A stretch of 29,761 nucleotides of DNA from an uncultured Chloracidobacterium sp. (lineage in GTDB: Bacteria > Acidobacteriota > Blastocatellia > Pyrinomonadales > Pyrinomonadaceae). The translations under genes were made by a program, and so were the position numbers. The stretch spans positions 1-29,761 of the forward strand of contig CAYSMU010000002.1 in assembly GCA_964432145.1 (NCBI GenBank), written 5' to 3'. The notes under the pieces were generated by a model, which made no database searches, was not told where the DNA came from, and was given only the letters and a program-made list of their open reading frames with translations. Below, piece by piece: positions 1 through 9,213 of this stretch; position 1 is the first letter of the stretch, and every line of letters begins with the position of its first letter.

Positions 1-31
1 GGGCGCCCTTTCTCTATTTCCGGTCGGTAAC

Positions 32-2608
32 TTATCTTACTTTCAGCAAGGGATCGCCGAGCAATACCCACGAAAATCGTACGTCGCCCCCGCTCGGGAT
101 AGCGGTTTTTGCATCCTTGATCAGGTCGCCGATCCTCGGGATCGACCCGTCGCCGAGCTTATGGTAAAAACGCACACCCATCAATAACTGAATATCCGGG
201 GTCGTTCGTGCGCTTGATGCCCATGTCGCGGCACCGCCGCCATTACCGGCCTTTAGTACATTTTCGGCCAACGCATCAAACGATGACGACGGATGCATGA
301 AGAAGCCGTTAAGGCAGGTCAACATCGTATATATCGTCGGATTATTAGCGTTCGTCAATGACGGAACCGTGCTGTTCGCAAAGAATGTGCTTGAGGCCCA
401 AAGCCCAATTGACCCGTGACCCGAATAGTTTGCGATAAAGCGGCCATTGTTCATCTCGTTCAGGAGAGTCGTTCCCGAATCGGGTGCCCCACGGTCGACC
501 ATAGGTGCCGGGATATTCGCAGGAAGCTCGTTGCGAAGCTGCTGGCTCATTCCCTGAAAATCGAAACCGTTTGGCAGGTCGTAGGCGAAAATGGCTCCGC
601 GGTCCAGTGTCTGCATTGGTGCTGTTTCAAAGATCATTGTCTTATTGAAAACAGTATTAATGGACAAAGCGGTCCGGGACGGTATGCGTCCGATCGCGAT
701 CTCGGACAAACCGTCGTTATTGAAATCTGCCAGCGCCTCATCACTACCACTCTCTTCGAATATGAGACTAACATTCTTTGTCGGGACCAGATCCCAATAG
801 CCAAATCCCTCGTAGTTCCGCGGGTCGTATGAGGCATCTCCCATCAGAAGTACGTAACCGGGCGGCTCACGCCAGACATTGTAGGCATAATTAAGGTAGC
901 TCTTTATGGCATCTGCGCTCGACGACCCGTAACTGAATTCGTCAAAGATGTCGGCTACGTCGACCACTGTTGTCGTGTACCCCTGATTCCGACGATAGTC
1001 GGCCCAGTTTTCGGCTGCCGCTTTGAAATCCGCTGCCGAATGAGTGATGATCACGAAGTTAGATGCCTCCGTGCTTGCCGACAGCGTAGAAGGAAAATTC
1101 TGAATGACCATCGGTGCGGTCAGCAGACCACCTTCAGTGAGTCCGAAACCGACGATATTTCGATGAGATGGGATCTTTGCCGTAAATGTCGCCCCGTCTT
1201 GAACGACCGGTAAACCAAGGATCTCGATGGGGTCACCGTCATATGTGGTCTCAAATACGCGAATGTTCGCGGACGTAAACCCGCTGAGATCGACCTTGCG
1301 ATAGTTCGGTGTAAAAAAGCTTATCCGGTTCTGTTCGGCCGCGTATCGCCGATTGTGTTTGATCGAGATCTGGTCAAAAAGACAAAAATCCCCCGGATTT
1401 AGGCCCGTCATTTCGAGATTGTTAGTGCCCTCAACGAGGCTATTCGCCGGGATCGTAAGATTGCCCGTAAATGCGTCATATCCATTCCAGGTCTGAGATT
1501 GTAGTTCCTGCCCATTAAGGACCAGTCGGATCAAATGCGTTCCCTGAGAGTAACCTTGGAGCTTTATCTGAAAGTCAACGGTTCCCGCGCTATCTATCCC
1601 GGTAAGCGAAAATGGGAATGTAGTCGGTGTAGAAGTGATGACGCGTCCCCAATAATTCTCCAGTTCGCCATTATGGAGCGTGTTCAGATAGGACGTACGT
1701 TCCTTACGAACTGATGTGACCGGATATGTCGGTGCGATGGACACGCCGCCAACAGGACGCATTACTTTTGTACGCATCCGCCTACCATCGACATTCCCCG
1801 TTATCAGATAGTAAACACGGGTGTCGCTCTCGACGGTATCGATCGGCTTGCCATAAAACTCGATATAACCGTTACCAGGGCCAACTGTGATCGCTTGCTC
1901 GTTACCTTCGACAAACAAGCGCCACTTCGAGCCGTCACCACCGATGTCCCAACCCGCGGCGGCAAGTTCTCCCGCAGTTACCCGATACAATCCTTCGCGC
2001 CGAACGCCGATCTTAACTCCCGGCTGCGACACAACCCATCGGTGGGTCGTGTGGTCAGGCGACTGGAGAGATTCCTGAACCAAACCCCGTAGTTCCGGAT
2101 GCATCTCCATCTCTAAGGACGTCGGCCTTCTGTTCGGCGAGTTCGAGGCGGCAAACCATTCGTCGGTCGTCTGACCCGTAATTTCCGCCATGTCCTTTAC
2201 CATCGACGCCGAGGCGGTACGGCTTTGAGTGCTCCGACCATCGCGGCCGAGAGTCGATATGAAATACCGGGATCCTATGCCACCCTCGGGATCGAATACC
2301 TGATACATATTGGCGTATGTTGGCTCCCCGTCGAGTGTTGAAGTGCTAAGTACCAATGTCGGGTTAACAAGTTCGTTGCCGTTTGAGCTTACGCGGTAAA
2401 CATTGAACCCCACATTCTGCTTCTCGACGGTCATGTACCATCGGACCAAGACGCCTACGCCCTCCGTGTAAGCCACGATACGTGAAAAGGCAGTTCTCAG
2501 GGGTTTAACCGAATCGATCTCGTCAGCTTTTGCTCTCTGAGCGAAGGACGGAATGCATGCCGAGGCCAATAGACAAGCCATAACGGCAACCGAAAGGAAT
2601 CTTTTCAT
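32..2608 (-). CDS. Secreted C25 family (gingipain-like) cysteine peptidase
   Basis: 858-aa ORF with a signal peptide (MKRFLSVAVMACLLASACIPSFAQ) and RBS GAGGAG. C25 motifs: VLLMGDASYD, GRIP, NYSGHGS (catalytic His), MLTCLNG (catalytic Cys), terminal LLGDP. Confidence 0.9.
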   Translation of the reverse strand: MKRFLSVAVMACLLASACIPSFAQRAKADEIDSVKPLRTAFSRIVAYTEGVGVLVRWYMTVEKQNVGFNVYRVSSNGNELVNPTLVLSTSTLDGEPTYANMYQVFDPEGGIGSRYFISTLGRDGRSTQSRTASASMVKDMAEITGQTTDEWFAASNSPNRRPTSLEMEMHPELRGLVQESLQSPDHTTHRWVVSQPGVKIGVRREGLYRVTAGELAAAGWDIGGDGSKWRLFVEGNEQAITVGPGNGYIEFYGKPIDTVESDTRVYYLITGNVDGRRMRTKVMRPVGGVSIAPTYPVTSVRKERTSYLNTLHNGELENYWGRVITSTPTTFPFSLTGIDSAGTVDFQIKLQGYSQGTHLIRLVLNGQELQSQTWNGYDAFTGNLTIPANSLVEGTNNLEMTGLNPGDFCLFDQISIKHNRRYAAEQNRISFFTPNYRKVDLSGFTSANIRVFETTYDGDPIEILGLPVVQDGATFTAKIPSHRNIVGFGLTEGGLLTAPMVIQNFPSTLSASTEASNFVIITHSAADFKAAAENWADYRRNQGYTTTVVDVADIFDEFSYGSSSADAIKSYLNYAYNVWREPPGYVLLMGDASYDPRNYEGFGYWDLVPTKNVSLIFEESGSDEALADFNNDGLSEIAIGRIPSRTALSINTVFNKTMIFETAPMQTLDRGAIFAYDLPNGFDFQGMSQQLRNELPANIPAPMVDRGAPDSGTTLLNEMNNGRFIANYSGHGSIGLWASSTFFANSTVPSLTNANNPTIYTMLTCLNGFFMHPSSSFDALAENVLKAGNGGGAATWASSARTTPDIQLLMGVRFYHKLGDGSIPRIGDLIKDAKTAIPSGGDVRFSWVLLGDPLLKVR

Positions 2609-2704
2609 TTTTTTCTCCTCAAAAAAGGCCGAAATCGACGGCGCAGTTCAAAAGTGCGAATAATACGTAAATCTAACACTCAATCATCCCCATTACAAGA
2701 AATT

Positions 2705-5575
2705 TCAACTTACCAACTGGCGAAGCACATACGGCAAAATGCCGCCATTCTTGTAATACTCTATCTCGATCGGAGTATCGATCCTCAACGTGAGCGTAGT
2801 CTCAACGACCTCGCCGCCGGGCTTTGTGATCCTCAGGGTCACATCCTGCCTTGGCCTCACTTCTACGCTCTCGAGCCCGATCAGGTCAAAGCTCTCCGTT
2901 CCATCGAGTCCCAGCGTCTGAGCGGTCACGCCGTCTTTAAACTGGAGAGGTAAAACGCCCATCCCGACGAGATTCGAACGGTGAATGCGCTCGAAAGATT
3001 CCGTAACGACCGCTTTCACGCCCATCAGTGCGGTTCCTTTTGCGGCCCAATCACGCGAGCTGCCCGTACCGTATTCCTTGCCCGCGAAGATCACCAAAGG
3101 CTTGTTGTCCGCCTTATACTGCATCGCAGCATCGTAGATCGTCATTTCGACACCGTCAGGCTGATACCGCGTGAAGCCTCCCTCGATCGGCGAGACCATG
3201 GTGTTCTTGATACGAACGTTGGCAAACGTGCCCCGGAGCATCACCCGGTCGTTGCCCCTCCGCGAACCGTACGAATTGAAATCTTCCGCGGCGACGCCAA
3301 GTTCCTGCAAATATTTGCCTGCCGGCGAATTCGCCTTGATCGCTCCGGCCGGTGATATATGGTCCGTAGTCACCGAGTCTCCGAATATCGCAAGAGCCCG
3401 CGCGCCTCGAATGTCGGAAAATTCACCGGTATCCATCGAGAAATTCTCAAAGAACGGCGGTTCCTGAATATACGTAGATGCAGGGTCCCACTCATATATC
3501 TGGCCAACCGGCGATTCTATTCCATTCCAGAGAGGATTTTTTTCGGCAAATTCCGAGTAGAGTCGTTTTTTGGGATCCGGATCAAATGCTTCCCCCCGAA
3601 CGTAGCGGGCCACGTCCAGCGAAGCCCAAATATCCTTGAGAAATACTTCATTACCGTCGCGGTCAACACCGATCGGATGAAGATAGATGTCCTTTACGAC
3701 CGTCCCGGCCAGAGCGTATGCCACGACCAGCGGCGGCGACATTAGGAAATTCGCCTTAATGTTCTGATGGACACGCGCCTCAAAATTGCGATTTCCTGAC
3801 AATACAGAGGCGGCAATCAGATCATTTTCGACCACCTCGTCCTCGATCGACGGATCGAGCGGGCCTGAATTCCCGATGCACGTCGTGCAGCCGTATCCGA
3901 CCAGATTAAATCCGATCTCGTTAAGGTATCGCATCAATCCGGTCTTTTCGAGATATTCAGTCACGACCCGTGAACCAGGGGCGAGCGATGTCTTGACGTA
4001 AGGCGGGACTTTCATGCCTCTTTCGACCGCCTTTTTGGCGACAATTCCCGCCGCTATCATAACCGCCGGATTCGAGGTATTTGTACACGAGGTAATAGCG
4101 GCGATCAGAACATCACCGCTGCCGATCGTTGTCGTTACCGATACTTCCTGATCTTCGTCAAACTCGACCCGGCTCGGCGTCGGCCGGTTATTGACCATCT
4201 CTATTTCGGTCTCAACATTCGTGTTATCAGGTGAGGTTGTGTTGTGGATAGCGTCCGGGATCGATCTCGAGCTCTGCTCTCCGCCGCCCTCCACCATATC
4301 GGTGGGGTGCGATCCCATAGTCACGCTAAAGCGCTTACCGAGATCTTCAGCATCTTTTCCGTATCCGCCATCGGCAACCGGTATAGTAAACAGCTCGACG
4401 AAACGGTCATCGAGGTTTGAAAGCTCGATCCGGTCCTGCGGGCGTTTTGGACCGGCGACCGATGGATTGATCGTTTCGAGGTTTAGCTCCACAACCGTCG
4501 AATAATCGACATCGCCCTCTCGCGGTATTCCGAACATCCCCTGAGCGGTGTAATAATTCCTGATCGTGTCGATCTGCGCTTCGGAGCGGCCCGTATTCCG
4601 GAAGTAGTCGAGCGTCTTCTCGTCTGTTCCAAAAAATCCCATGGTCGCTCCGTATTCCGGCGCCATGTTGGCAATCGTTGCCCGATCTGTCGCTGCGAGT
4701 GCGGCGGCGCCGTCGCCAAAGAACTCGACGAACTTTCCTACAACGTTCGCCTTGCGCAACATTTCCGTAATGCGCAGAACGAGATCGGTCGCGGTCGCTC
4801 CCTGTGGAAGTTCTCCGGTCAGATTCACTCCGACCACATCCGGCGTAAGGAAATAAACCGGTTGGCCCAACATGCCCGCCTCAGCCTCGATACCGCCCAC
4901 GCCCCATCCGACGATGCCGACACCATTGATCATCGTAGTGTGCGAGTCGGTACCGACCAGCGAATCCGGAAAATAAACCCCGTCGCGTTCAAAAACACCT
5001 TTCGCCAAATATTCGAGATTAACTTGATGAACAATGCCGATTCCCGGCGGTATCACACTAAAGCCGTTGAATGCCTGAGTTCCCCACTTCAAAAAGCGGT
5101 AGCGTTGATCGTTCCGCTTGAACTCCATCTCCATATTCTGGCGGTACGCCGTTTCGCTTCCCGCATAATCTACTTGCACCGAATGGTCGATCACAAGGTC
5201 GACCGGAACGAGAGGTTCGATCACCGACGGGTTGCCGCCGGTACGCTTTACCGCCGAACGCATCGCCGCGAGGTCGACGAGGAGCGGCACACCCGTAAAA
5301 TCCTGAAGGATAACTCTTGCTACCACGAACGGGATTTCATCCGTTCGTTCCGCAGACGGTTTCCAATTCGCGAGCGCGCGAATATTTGCCTCATTCACCT
5401 TTTTGCCGCCGTCGTAATTTCGCAGAACGGATTCCAGTACGATCCGGATGGAGACCGGCAGTCGCGAGGTATCGCCTACGTCCTCTGCAGCCAATTGAGG
5501 AAGGGAGTAAAAGACGCCATCGGTACCGCTGCCGGTTCTGAAGGTCTGCCGCGAATTAAACAGATTGTGGCTCAT
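2705..5575 (-). CDS. acnA: Aconitate hydratase A
   Basis: 956 aa. Motifs [40 protein letters not shown] and [12 protein letters not shown] (three Fe-S Cys), [22 protein letters not shown]. Confidence 0.98.
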   Translation of the reverse strand: MSHNLFNSRQTFRTGSGTDGVFYSLPQLAAEDVGDTSRLPVSIRIVLESVLRNYDGGKKVNEANIRALANWKPSAERTDEIPFVVARVILQDFTGVPLLVDLAAMRSAVKRTGGNPSVIEPLVPVDLVIDHSVQVDYAGSETAYRQNMEMEFKRNDQRYRFLKWGTQAFNGFSVIPPGIGIVHQVNLEYLAKGVFERDGVYFPDSLVGTDSHTTMINGVGIVGWGVGGIEAEAGMLGQPVYFLTPDVVGVNLTGELPQGATATDLVLRITEMLRKANVVGKFVEFFGDGAAALAATDRATIANMAPEYGATMGFFGTDEKTLDYFRNTGRSEAQIDTIRNYYTAQGMFGIPREGDVDYSTVVELNLETINPSVAGPKRPQDRIELSNLDDRFVELFTIPVADGGYGKDAEDLGKRFSVTMGSHPTDMVEGGGEQSSRSIPDAIHNTTSPDNTNVETEIEMVNNRPTPSRVEFDEDQEVSVTTTIGSGDVLIAAITSCTNTSNPAVMIAAGIVAKKAVERGMKVPPYVKTSLAPGSRVVTEYLEKTGLMRYLNEIGFNLVGYGCTTCIGNSGPLDPSIEDEVVENDLIAASVLSGNRNFEARVHQNIKANFLMSPPLVVAYALAGTVVKDIYLHPIGVDRDGNEVFLKDIWASLDVARYVRGEAFDPDPKKRLYSEFAEKNPLWNGIESPVGQIYEWDPASTYIQEPPFFENFSMDTGEFSDIRGARALAIFGDSVTTDHISPAGAIKANSPAGKYLQELGVAAEDFNSYGSRRGNDRVMLRGTFANVRIKNTMVSPIEGGFTRYQPDGVEMTIYDAAMQYKADNKPLVIFAGKEYGTGSSRDWAAKGTALMGVKAVVTESFERIHRSNLVGMGVLPLQFKDGVTAQTLGLDGTESFDLIGLESVEVRPRQDVTLRITKPGGEVVETTLTLRIDTPIEIEYYKNGGILPYVLRQLVS

Positions 5576-5691
5576 AGTGTTTTTTTCAAAAGAATGAATT
5601 AAATAATCAGTTTAAAAAGCCCGTCGAACAAAAGCAAGGAACGCTTGTCCTGCCTTTATCCCGGCCTGATTATCCTATATTCTTTCGCATT

Positions 5692-6333
5692 ATGTGCGGT
5701 CGTGCTTCCCAGGCTGAGATCCAGGCCTACAAGGACCATATTTACCAGTGGCTTCACCCGAAAAAGTTCGTTCCTCGCCGAAATCTTAGGCCAACTGAGC
5801 CGGCATGGATCGTCGCCCGCCATCCCGATACCGAGATCGCCATCGTCGATGCCCGATGGTGGTGTCAATGGGATGGGTCTTACAAGTTTGAAGCGAAATA
5901 CCCGACGTTCAATGCGCGTGTTGAGACAATGCATGATAAGAAGCTTTGGCCCGCTCTGCTGACCAAGGGGAAACGCTGCATATTTCCGGTTGATAGCTTT
6001 TACGAATGGCCCGTAAAGGGCAAAGGCCAGCCGCCCGTGGAGATTTTCGTCGCAGGACGAAGGCCTTATGCACTTGCGGGTCTGTGGAGTACATGGTTTG
6101 AAGATCGCGAACCAAGGTACTCTTTTACCGTTTTTACCTGTGATCCAAACGAGTTCATGAAGCCGATCCACCCTAAGGCGATGCCTGTCATTCTGGGATC
6201 GATCGAAGAACAAAAGCTTTGGTTGATGGAAGGGGATGAGTCGCTGTTGCGGCCATACGAAGGCGAAATGGAACTCGACCAATTGCCCGACACACTTGAA
6301 CATCTATACCCGGAAGAAAACCGGAAGTATTGA
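5692..6333 (+). CDS. SOS response-associated peptidase (SRAP/YedK/HMCES family, abasic-site crosslinking protein)
   Basis: N-terminal MCGR (catalytic Cys2), FNARVET, RCIFPVDSFYEW (catalytic Glu), ALAGLW, IHPKAMPVIL. Confidence 0.93.
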   Translation: MCGRASQAEIQAYKDHIYQWLHPKKFVPRRNLRPTEPAWIVARHPDTEIAIVDARWWCQWDGSYKFEAKYPTFNARVETMHDKKLWPALLTKGKRCIFPVDSFYEWPVKGKGQPPVEIFVAGRRPYALAGLWSTWFEDREPRYSFTVFTCDPNEFMKPIHPKAMPVILGSIEEQKLWLMEGDESLLRPYEGEMELDQLPDTLEHLYPEENRKY

Positions 6334-6506
6334 TATTGCCCTGATCTTGCGGTGTCCCGTAACAGCGTCTCGTTCACGCCGCTACTCTTCGCTTTTGCCG
6401 GGATCAAAAGCGGATCTTCCGCAGCGCGGCGGAGAACGCAGAGGATCTTGAAACCGGACACAACAATCTAAGTAAACTACCGAAGTATTAGAGAGAAGCA
6501 CAGGGC

Positions 6507-6536
6507 TTGCTTTGGATTCCGGTGATGTTCTATACT
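6507..6536 (+). promoter_or_regulatory. Candidate sigma70 promoter for tRNA-Glu
   Basis: TTGCTT (6507-6512), 18-nt spacer, TATACT (6531-6536), 20 nt upstream of the tRNA 5' end. Confidence 0.6.
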
Positions 6537-6556
6537 TGCGATTCGTCGCTTCTTAC

Positions 6557-6631
6557 GGCGCCTTCGTCTATCGGTTAGGACGCGAGGTTCTCAACCTCGA
6601 AAGAGGGGTTCAACTCCCCTAGGCGCTACCA
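6557..6631 (+). tRNA. tRNA-Glu (anticodon CTC)
   Basis: 75-nt cloverleaf. Acceptor stem GGCGCCT/AGGCGCT (G1-U72 wobble), anticodon arm CGAGG-TTCTCAA-CCTCG, 4-nt variable loop, T arm AGGGG-TTCAACT-CCCCT, encoded CCA end. Confidence 0.97.
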
Positions 6632-6658
6632 AAAATCCAGATCGGACAGTTTGAGACC

Positions 6659-6973
6659 ATGATCGTGACAACCGGGATCAACATCGAGGGACGCCAGGTC
6701 GTTGAATATCTAGGCGTCGTTCGCGGCATCGTCGTTCGAGCGACCGGGATCGGCCGGGGCATCGTCGGCGGCCTTAAGTCGCTCGCAGGCGGCAACATAG
6801 AGGAATGGTCCGTCGTGTGTGAAGCAGCTCGTATGGAAGCATTTAATCGGATGGTCCAGCACGCTCACGAGATCGGTGCCGATGCTGTGATCGCCATGCG
6901 CTACGACGCCACTGAATTTACCCAAGGCTCGACCGAAGTGCTTGCCTATGGCACGGCCGTAAAGATCCGCTAG
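6659..6973 (+). CDS. YbjQ/UPF0145 family protein
   Basis: 104 aa with the typical MIVTTG-IEG-V-EYLGVV start and GADAVIAMRYDATE...EVLAYGTAV end. Confidence 0.93.
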   Translation: MIVTTGINIEGRQVVEYLGVVRGIVVRATGIGRGIVGGLKSLAGGNIEEWSVVCEAARMEAFNRMVQHAHEIGADAVIAMRYDATEFTQGSTEVLAYGTAVKIR

Positions 6974-6984
6974 AAAATTTCTCT

Positions 6985-8085
6985 TTACATGATGGGCGAG
7001 CGGCCAGAACGCCCGATCTCAAGATCCGTCACTTTCCTAAATAGCCAATTGTTCAATCTCCGCGGATCGACGAATTCGACAAGTCCCGCCGTTCTTCGCT
7101 CGCCCTCGTTGGGGATCCCGAAAGTAATCTCGCTGAGCATCTTTGCCTCCATCAGGCCCGATCGAACGGGGATTATTGGCCTGATCCTGATAGACATATC
7201 ATCTTCGGTAATGAAGTTGACAGTTTCAGGGATCGTGAGTCCCCAGCGAGAACGTTTCCGCCCGATCGCCTCACAGTTCGCTTCGTAATGTTCGATCCTG
7301 CCGTTCCGGATGAGGAATATCTGACCAGGGGCGTGCCGGTTACGTGCGCCGCCGTGCCGGTCGAAAACAACCGTCGAATCGACGAAATGCGCCCGTCCCC
7401 ACAGCCGCGACTCCCGATCTCTATAATGAACGTCCTCACTTGTGATCTGATCGTGATAACCGGTCCCGCGGAATTGAACGGTTTTTCGTGCCTTCCCAAA
7501 CCGCCCGATCTGGATGATCTTCCCGCTCACATCGGCACGCGGGACCACGATGTTCCAGTTTGCAGGCGAGCGCGGGCGGTCAGGCTTCATAAGGTCAGAT
7601 TCGACGAAGAGCCATTCGAATTCACCCCTGAGCCTCCGGCCCCGCGCGGAACGCAGTTCGACCTTGACCAGAAATCCCGAGCCGTACTTCGCTTGTGCGA
7701 GACCAAAGCTTGAGTCTCCGATCGAGTAGTTTAGATCGTAACTATTGACATTGAACTCATTAGGCCGAAATTCGTTTACGGCCTGGAATACCGTCCGGCC
7801 CGCAACCATGTACACAAGCGAGACGGCCGGGAACCTTTGCGCTGACGAAGCACCGTTGCCCGTACCGACCTTGCGATCTCCGGCCGCCGCATGAAATCTG
7901 GGTGAGAGCGGATAGTTATCGTGGAAAGTGATGACCAGGGCCTCGCGCCCGTCATCTGAGACCGCATCAAAATGCCAGGATTCAAAAGCATTCGCTCCAC
8001 CGAGGCCATGCCATACGTCATCCTCCAGGCTGGAGCAAAACGACATCTCGCCGAAACGCGGGTTGTAACGAGGTTCACCAGTCAT
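6985..8085 (-). CDS. CrtC-like (carotenoid 1,2-hydratase / lipocalin-like) protein
   Basis: ESWHFDAVSDDGREALVITF resembles the CrtC N-terminal motif WWYxDAxSDDGxxxLxI. WNIVVPRADV and GTGYHD resemble the CrtC catalytic-region motifs. Confidence 0.65.
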   Translation of the reverse strand: MTGEPRYNPRFGEMSFCSSLEDDVWHGLGGANAFESWHFDAVSDDGREALVITFHDNYPLSPRFHAAAGDRKVGTGNGASSAQRFPAVSLVYMVAGRTVFQAVNEFRPNEFNVNSYDLNYSIGDSSFGLAQAKYGSGFLVKVELRSARGRRLRGEFEWLFVESDLMKPDRPRSPANWNIVVPRADVSGKIIQIGRFGKARKTVQFRGTGYHDQITSEDVHYRDRESRLWGRAHFVDSTVVFDRHGGARNRHAPGQIFLIRNGRIEHYEANCEAIGRKRSRWGLTIPETVNFITEDDMSIRIRPIIPVRSGLMEAKMLSEITFGIPNEGERRTAGLVEFVDPRRLNNWLFRKVTDLEIGRSGRSPIM

Positions 8086-8222
8086 CTATTTGATCGAGAG
8101 CACGGAAGAAAAACGTCTTCAGAATCGCAGAAATGCAAATCTATGGCAAACTTACGTTGAGAAATGGAATCTTTACGGTGGCAATAGCTCTTCCCGAAGA
8201 ATATGTGCCGAGGGAGATCAAT

Positions 8223-8597
8223 ATGAAGACGTTAACCACAACATTATTGCTGTCAATAGTCGCAGCATTCGCCCTTTTGACCGCAGCTTGCCCCGAGCGA
8301 AAGAGCATTGCAGATCTTGAGGCAAATCCCGGAAAATACCAAAACAAAGAGGTTGCGATCGCCGGTCGGGTCGTTGACAGTTATGGGATCTCGATACCGG
8401 GCACGCGTCTCGGAGGAGGAGCCTACAAAGTGGATGACGGGACCGGTTCTATTTGGGTCCTTGTCACGGACGGAAGCGTGCCTACTCGCGGAGCCGAGAT
8501 CGGTGTTAAAGGCAAGTTAAGCAGCGGCGTCAATTGGCGCGGCCGCAATTACGGTCTCGGGATCTACGAAAAGGACCGCCGCTATCGTGACCGATAG
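8223..8597 (+). CDS. Small lipoprotein with probable OB-fold
   Basis: Start reassigned to the ATG at 8223 after SD AGGGAG. Signal peptide with lipobox LTAA-C. SIADLEANPGKYQNKEVAIAGRV...YKVDDGTGSIWV is typical of periplasmic OB-fold proteins. Confidence 0.75.
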   Translation: MKTLTTTLLLSIVAAFALLTAACPERKSIADLEANPGKYQNKEVAIAGRVVDSYGISIPGTRLGGGAYKVDDGTGSIWVLVTDGSVPTRGAEIGVKGKLSSGVNWRGRNYGLGIYEKDRRYRDR

Positions 8598-8642
8598 TTC
8601 ACCGAACACGAATGCGGTGGTAAACTCTAGCGGCCGTCTAGA

Positions 8643-9137
8643 GTGCGGCCGTTATTTCTTATGGGTCCGCTGATCAAACTCTTCGACGACAGATTCGTGT
8701 TGATCGACCTTCGTTCGCGAGGTTTGCTTGACCTTCTCGATGAACAAACGTTGTATTCGCGGCCGCGTATTATCGCCAATTCAATGGCCCCATTCTCCTG
8801 CGGCGAATATATTCTCCGCTCCGCGGCGATGGTCGAAAAGACCTTTGGCGGTATAACAACCAGGCTCTGGGACGACCCGTTTGAATGGACGCTTCCCGAA
8901 AAACTCCGGGATATCCCGAGCGTTCGGGACTATCTGGATGACGTCGAAACGACCCGGCGAAACGGATTCCGCTTTTTGGCGTCCGACGATGACCTCCGTC
9001 GCGAGATCCCTTCACCGACCGCATTCCGCTCGCTTGCTGAAATTCTCCTGGATACCGTCGGATCGGCCGAGCATTATCAAGGCCGCGCCTTTGCCGTCTT
9101 TCAAATGATCTCCGATGTCCACCTTCCCCGGCTCTGA
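8643..9137 (+). CDS. Hypothetical protein, possibly degenerate DinB/YfiT-like four-helix bundle
   Basis: 164-aa ORF (GTG start; alternative ATG at 8660) fills the intergenic space. GEYILRSAAMVE and AEHYQGRA align in position with the DinB His motifs. Confidence 0.55.
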   Translation: MRPLFLMGPLIKLFDDRFVLIDLRSRGLLDLLDEQTLYSRPRIIANSMAPFSCGEYILRSAAMVEKTFGGITTRLWDDPFEWTLPEKLRDIPSVRDYLDDVETTRRNGFRFLASDDDLRREIPSPTAFRSLAEILLDTVGSAEHYQGRAFAVFQMISDVHLPRL

Positions 9138-9151
9138 TCTTTTTGCATATC

Positions 9152-9180
9152 GAACTTTTTCGTGCAAGAATTCGTTAGGT
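9152..9180 (+). promoter_or_regulatory. Candidate ECF sigma promoter (copy 1)
   Basis: GAAC (9152-9155), 17-nt spacer, CGTTAGGT (9173-9180), 33 nt before the ATG at 9214. The same 12 fixed bases recur at 16870-16898 on the minus strand. Confidence 0.65.
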
Positions 9181-9213
9181 TTTTGGACTACAACGGTTTA
9201 ACGGAGCGAATGC

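Noticed and set aside
2622-2642. Short hairpin plus U-tract just before the C25 peptidase RBS
   Set aside because: The stem is only 4 bp (GCCG/CGGC) with a 7-nt loop, too weak to call a terminator or attenuator.
4140-4320. Acidic low-complexity segment inside AcnA
   Set aside because: It falls in a length-variable linker seen in many AcnA proteins and has no intein features (no Cys/Ser start or His-Asn end).
4862-5602. 246-aa plus-strand ORF, plus other long antisense ORFs (5656-6303, 28546-29178, 26730-27290, 11514-12002)
   Set aside because: They overlap well-supported genes (acnA, SRAP, fmt, rsmB, ggt) and have no recognisable motifs. They are typical shadow ORFs of GC-rich coding DNA.
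5626-5642. GAAC...GAAC direct repeat upstream of SRAP as a possible LexA box
   Set aside because: The spacing is 9 nt, not the 7 nt of the GAAC-N7-GAAC type box.
5692-6631. SRAP next to a tRNA as the remnant of an integrated element
   Set aside because: There is no integrase, I found no duplicate of the tRNA 3' end, and SRAP lies on the 5' side of the tRNA.
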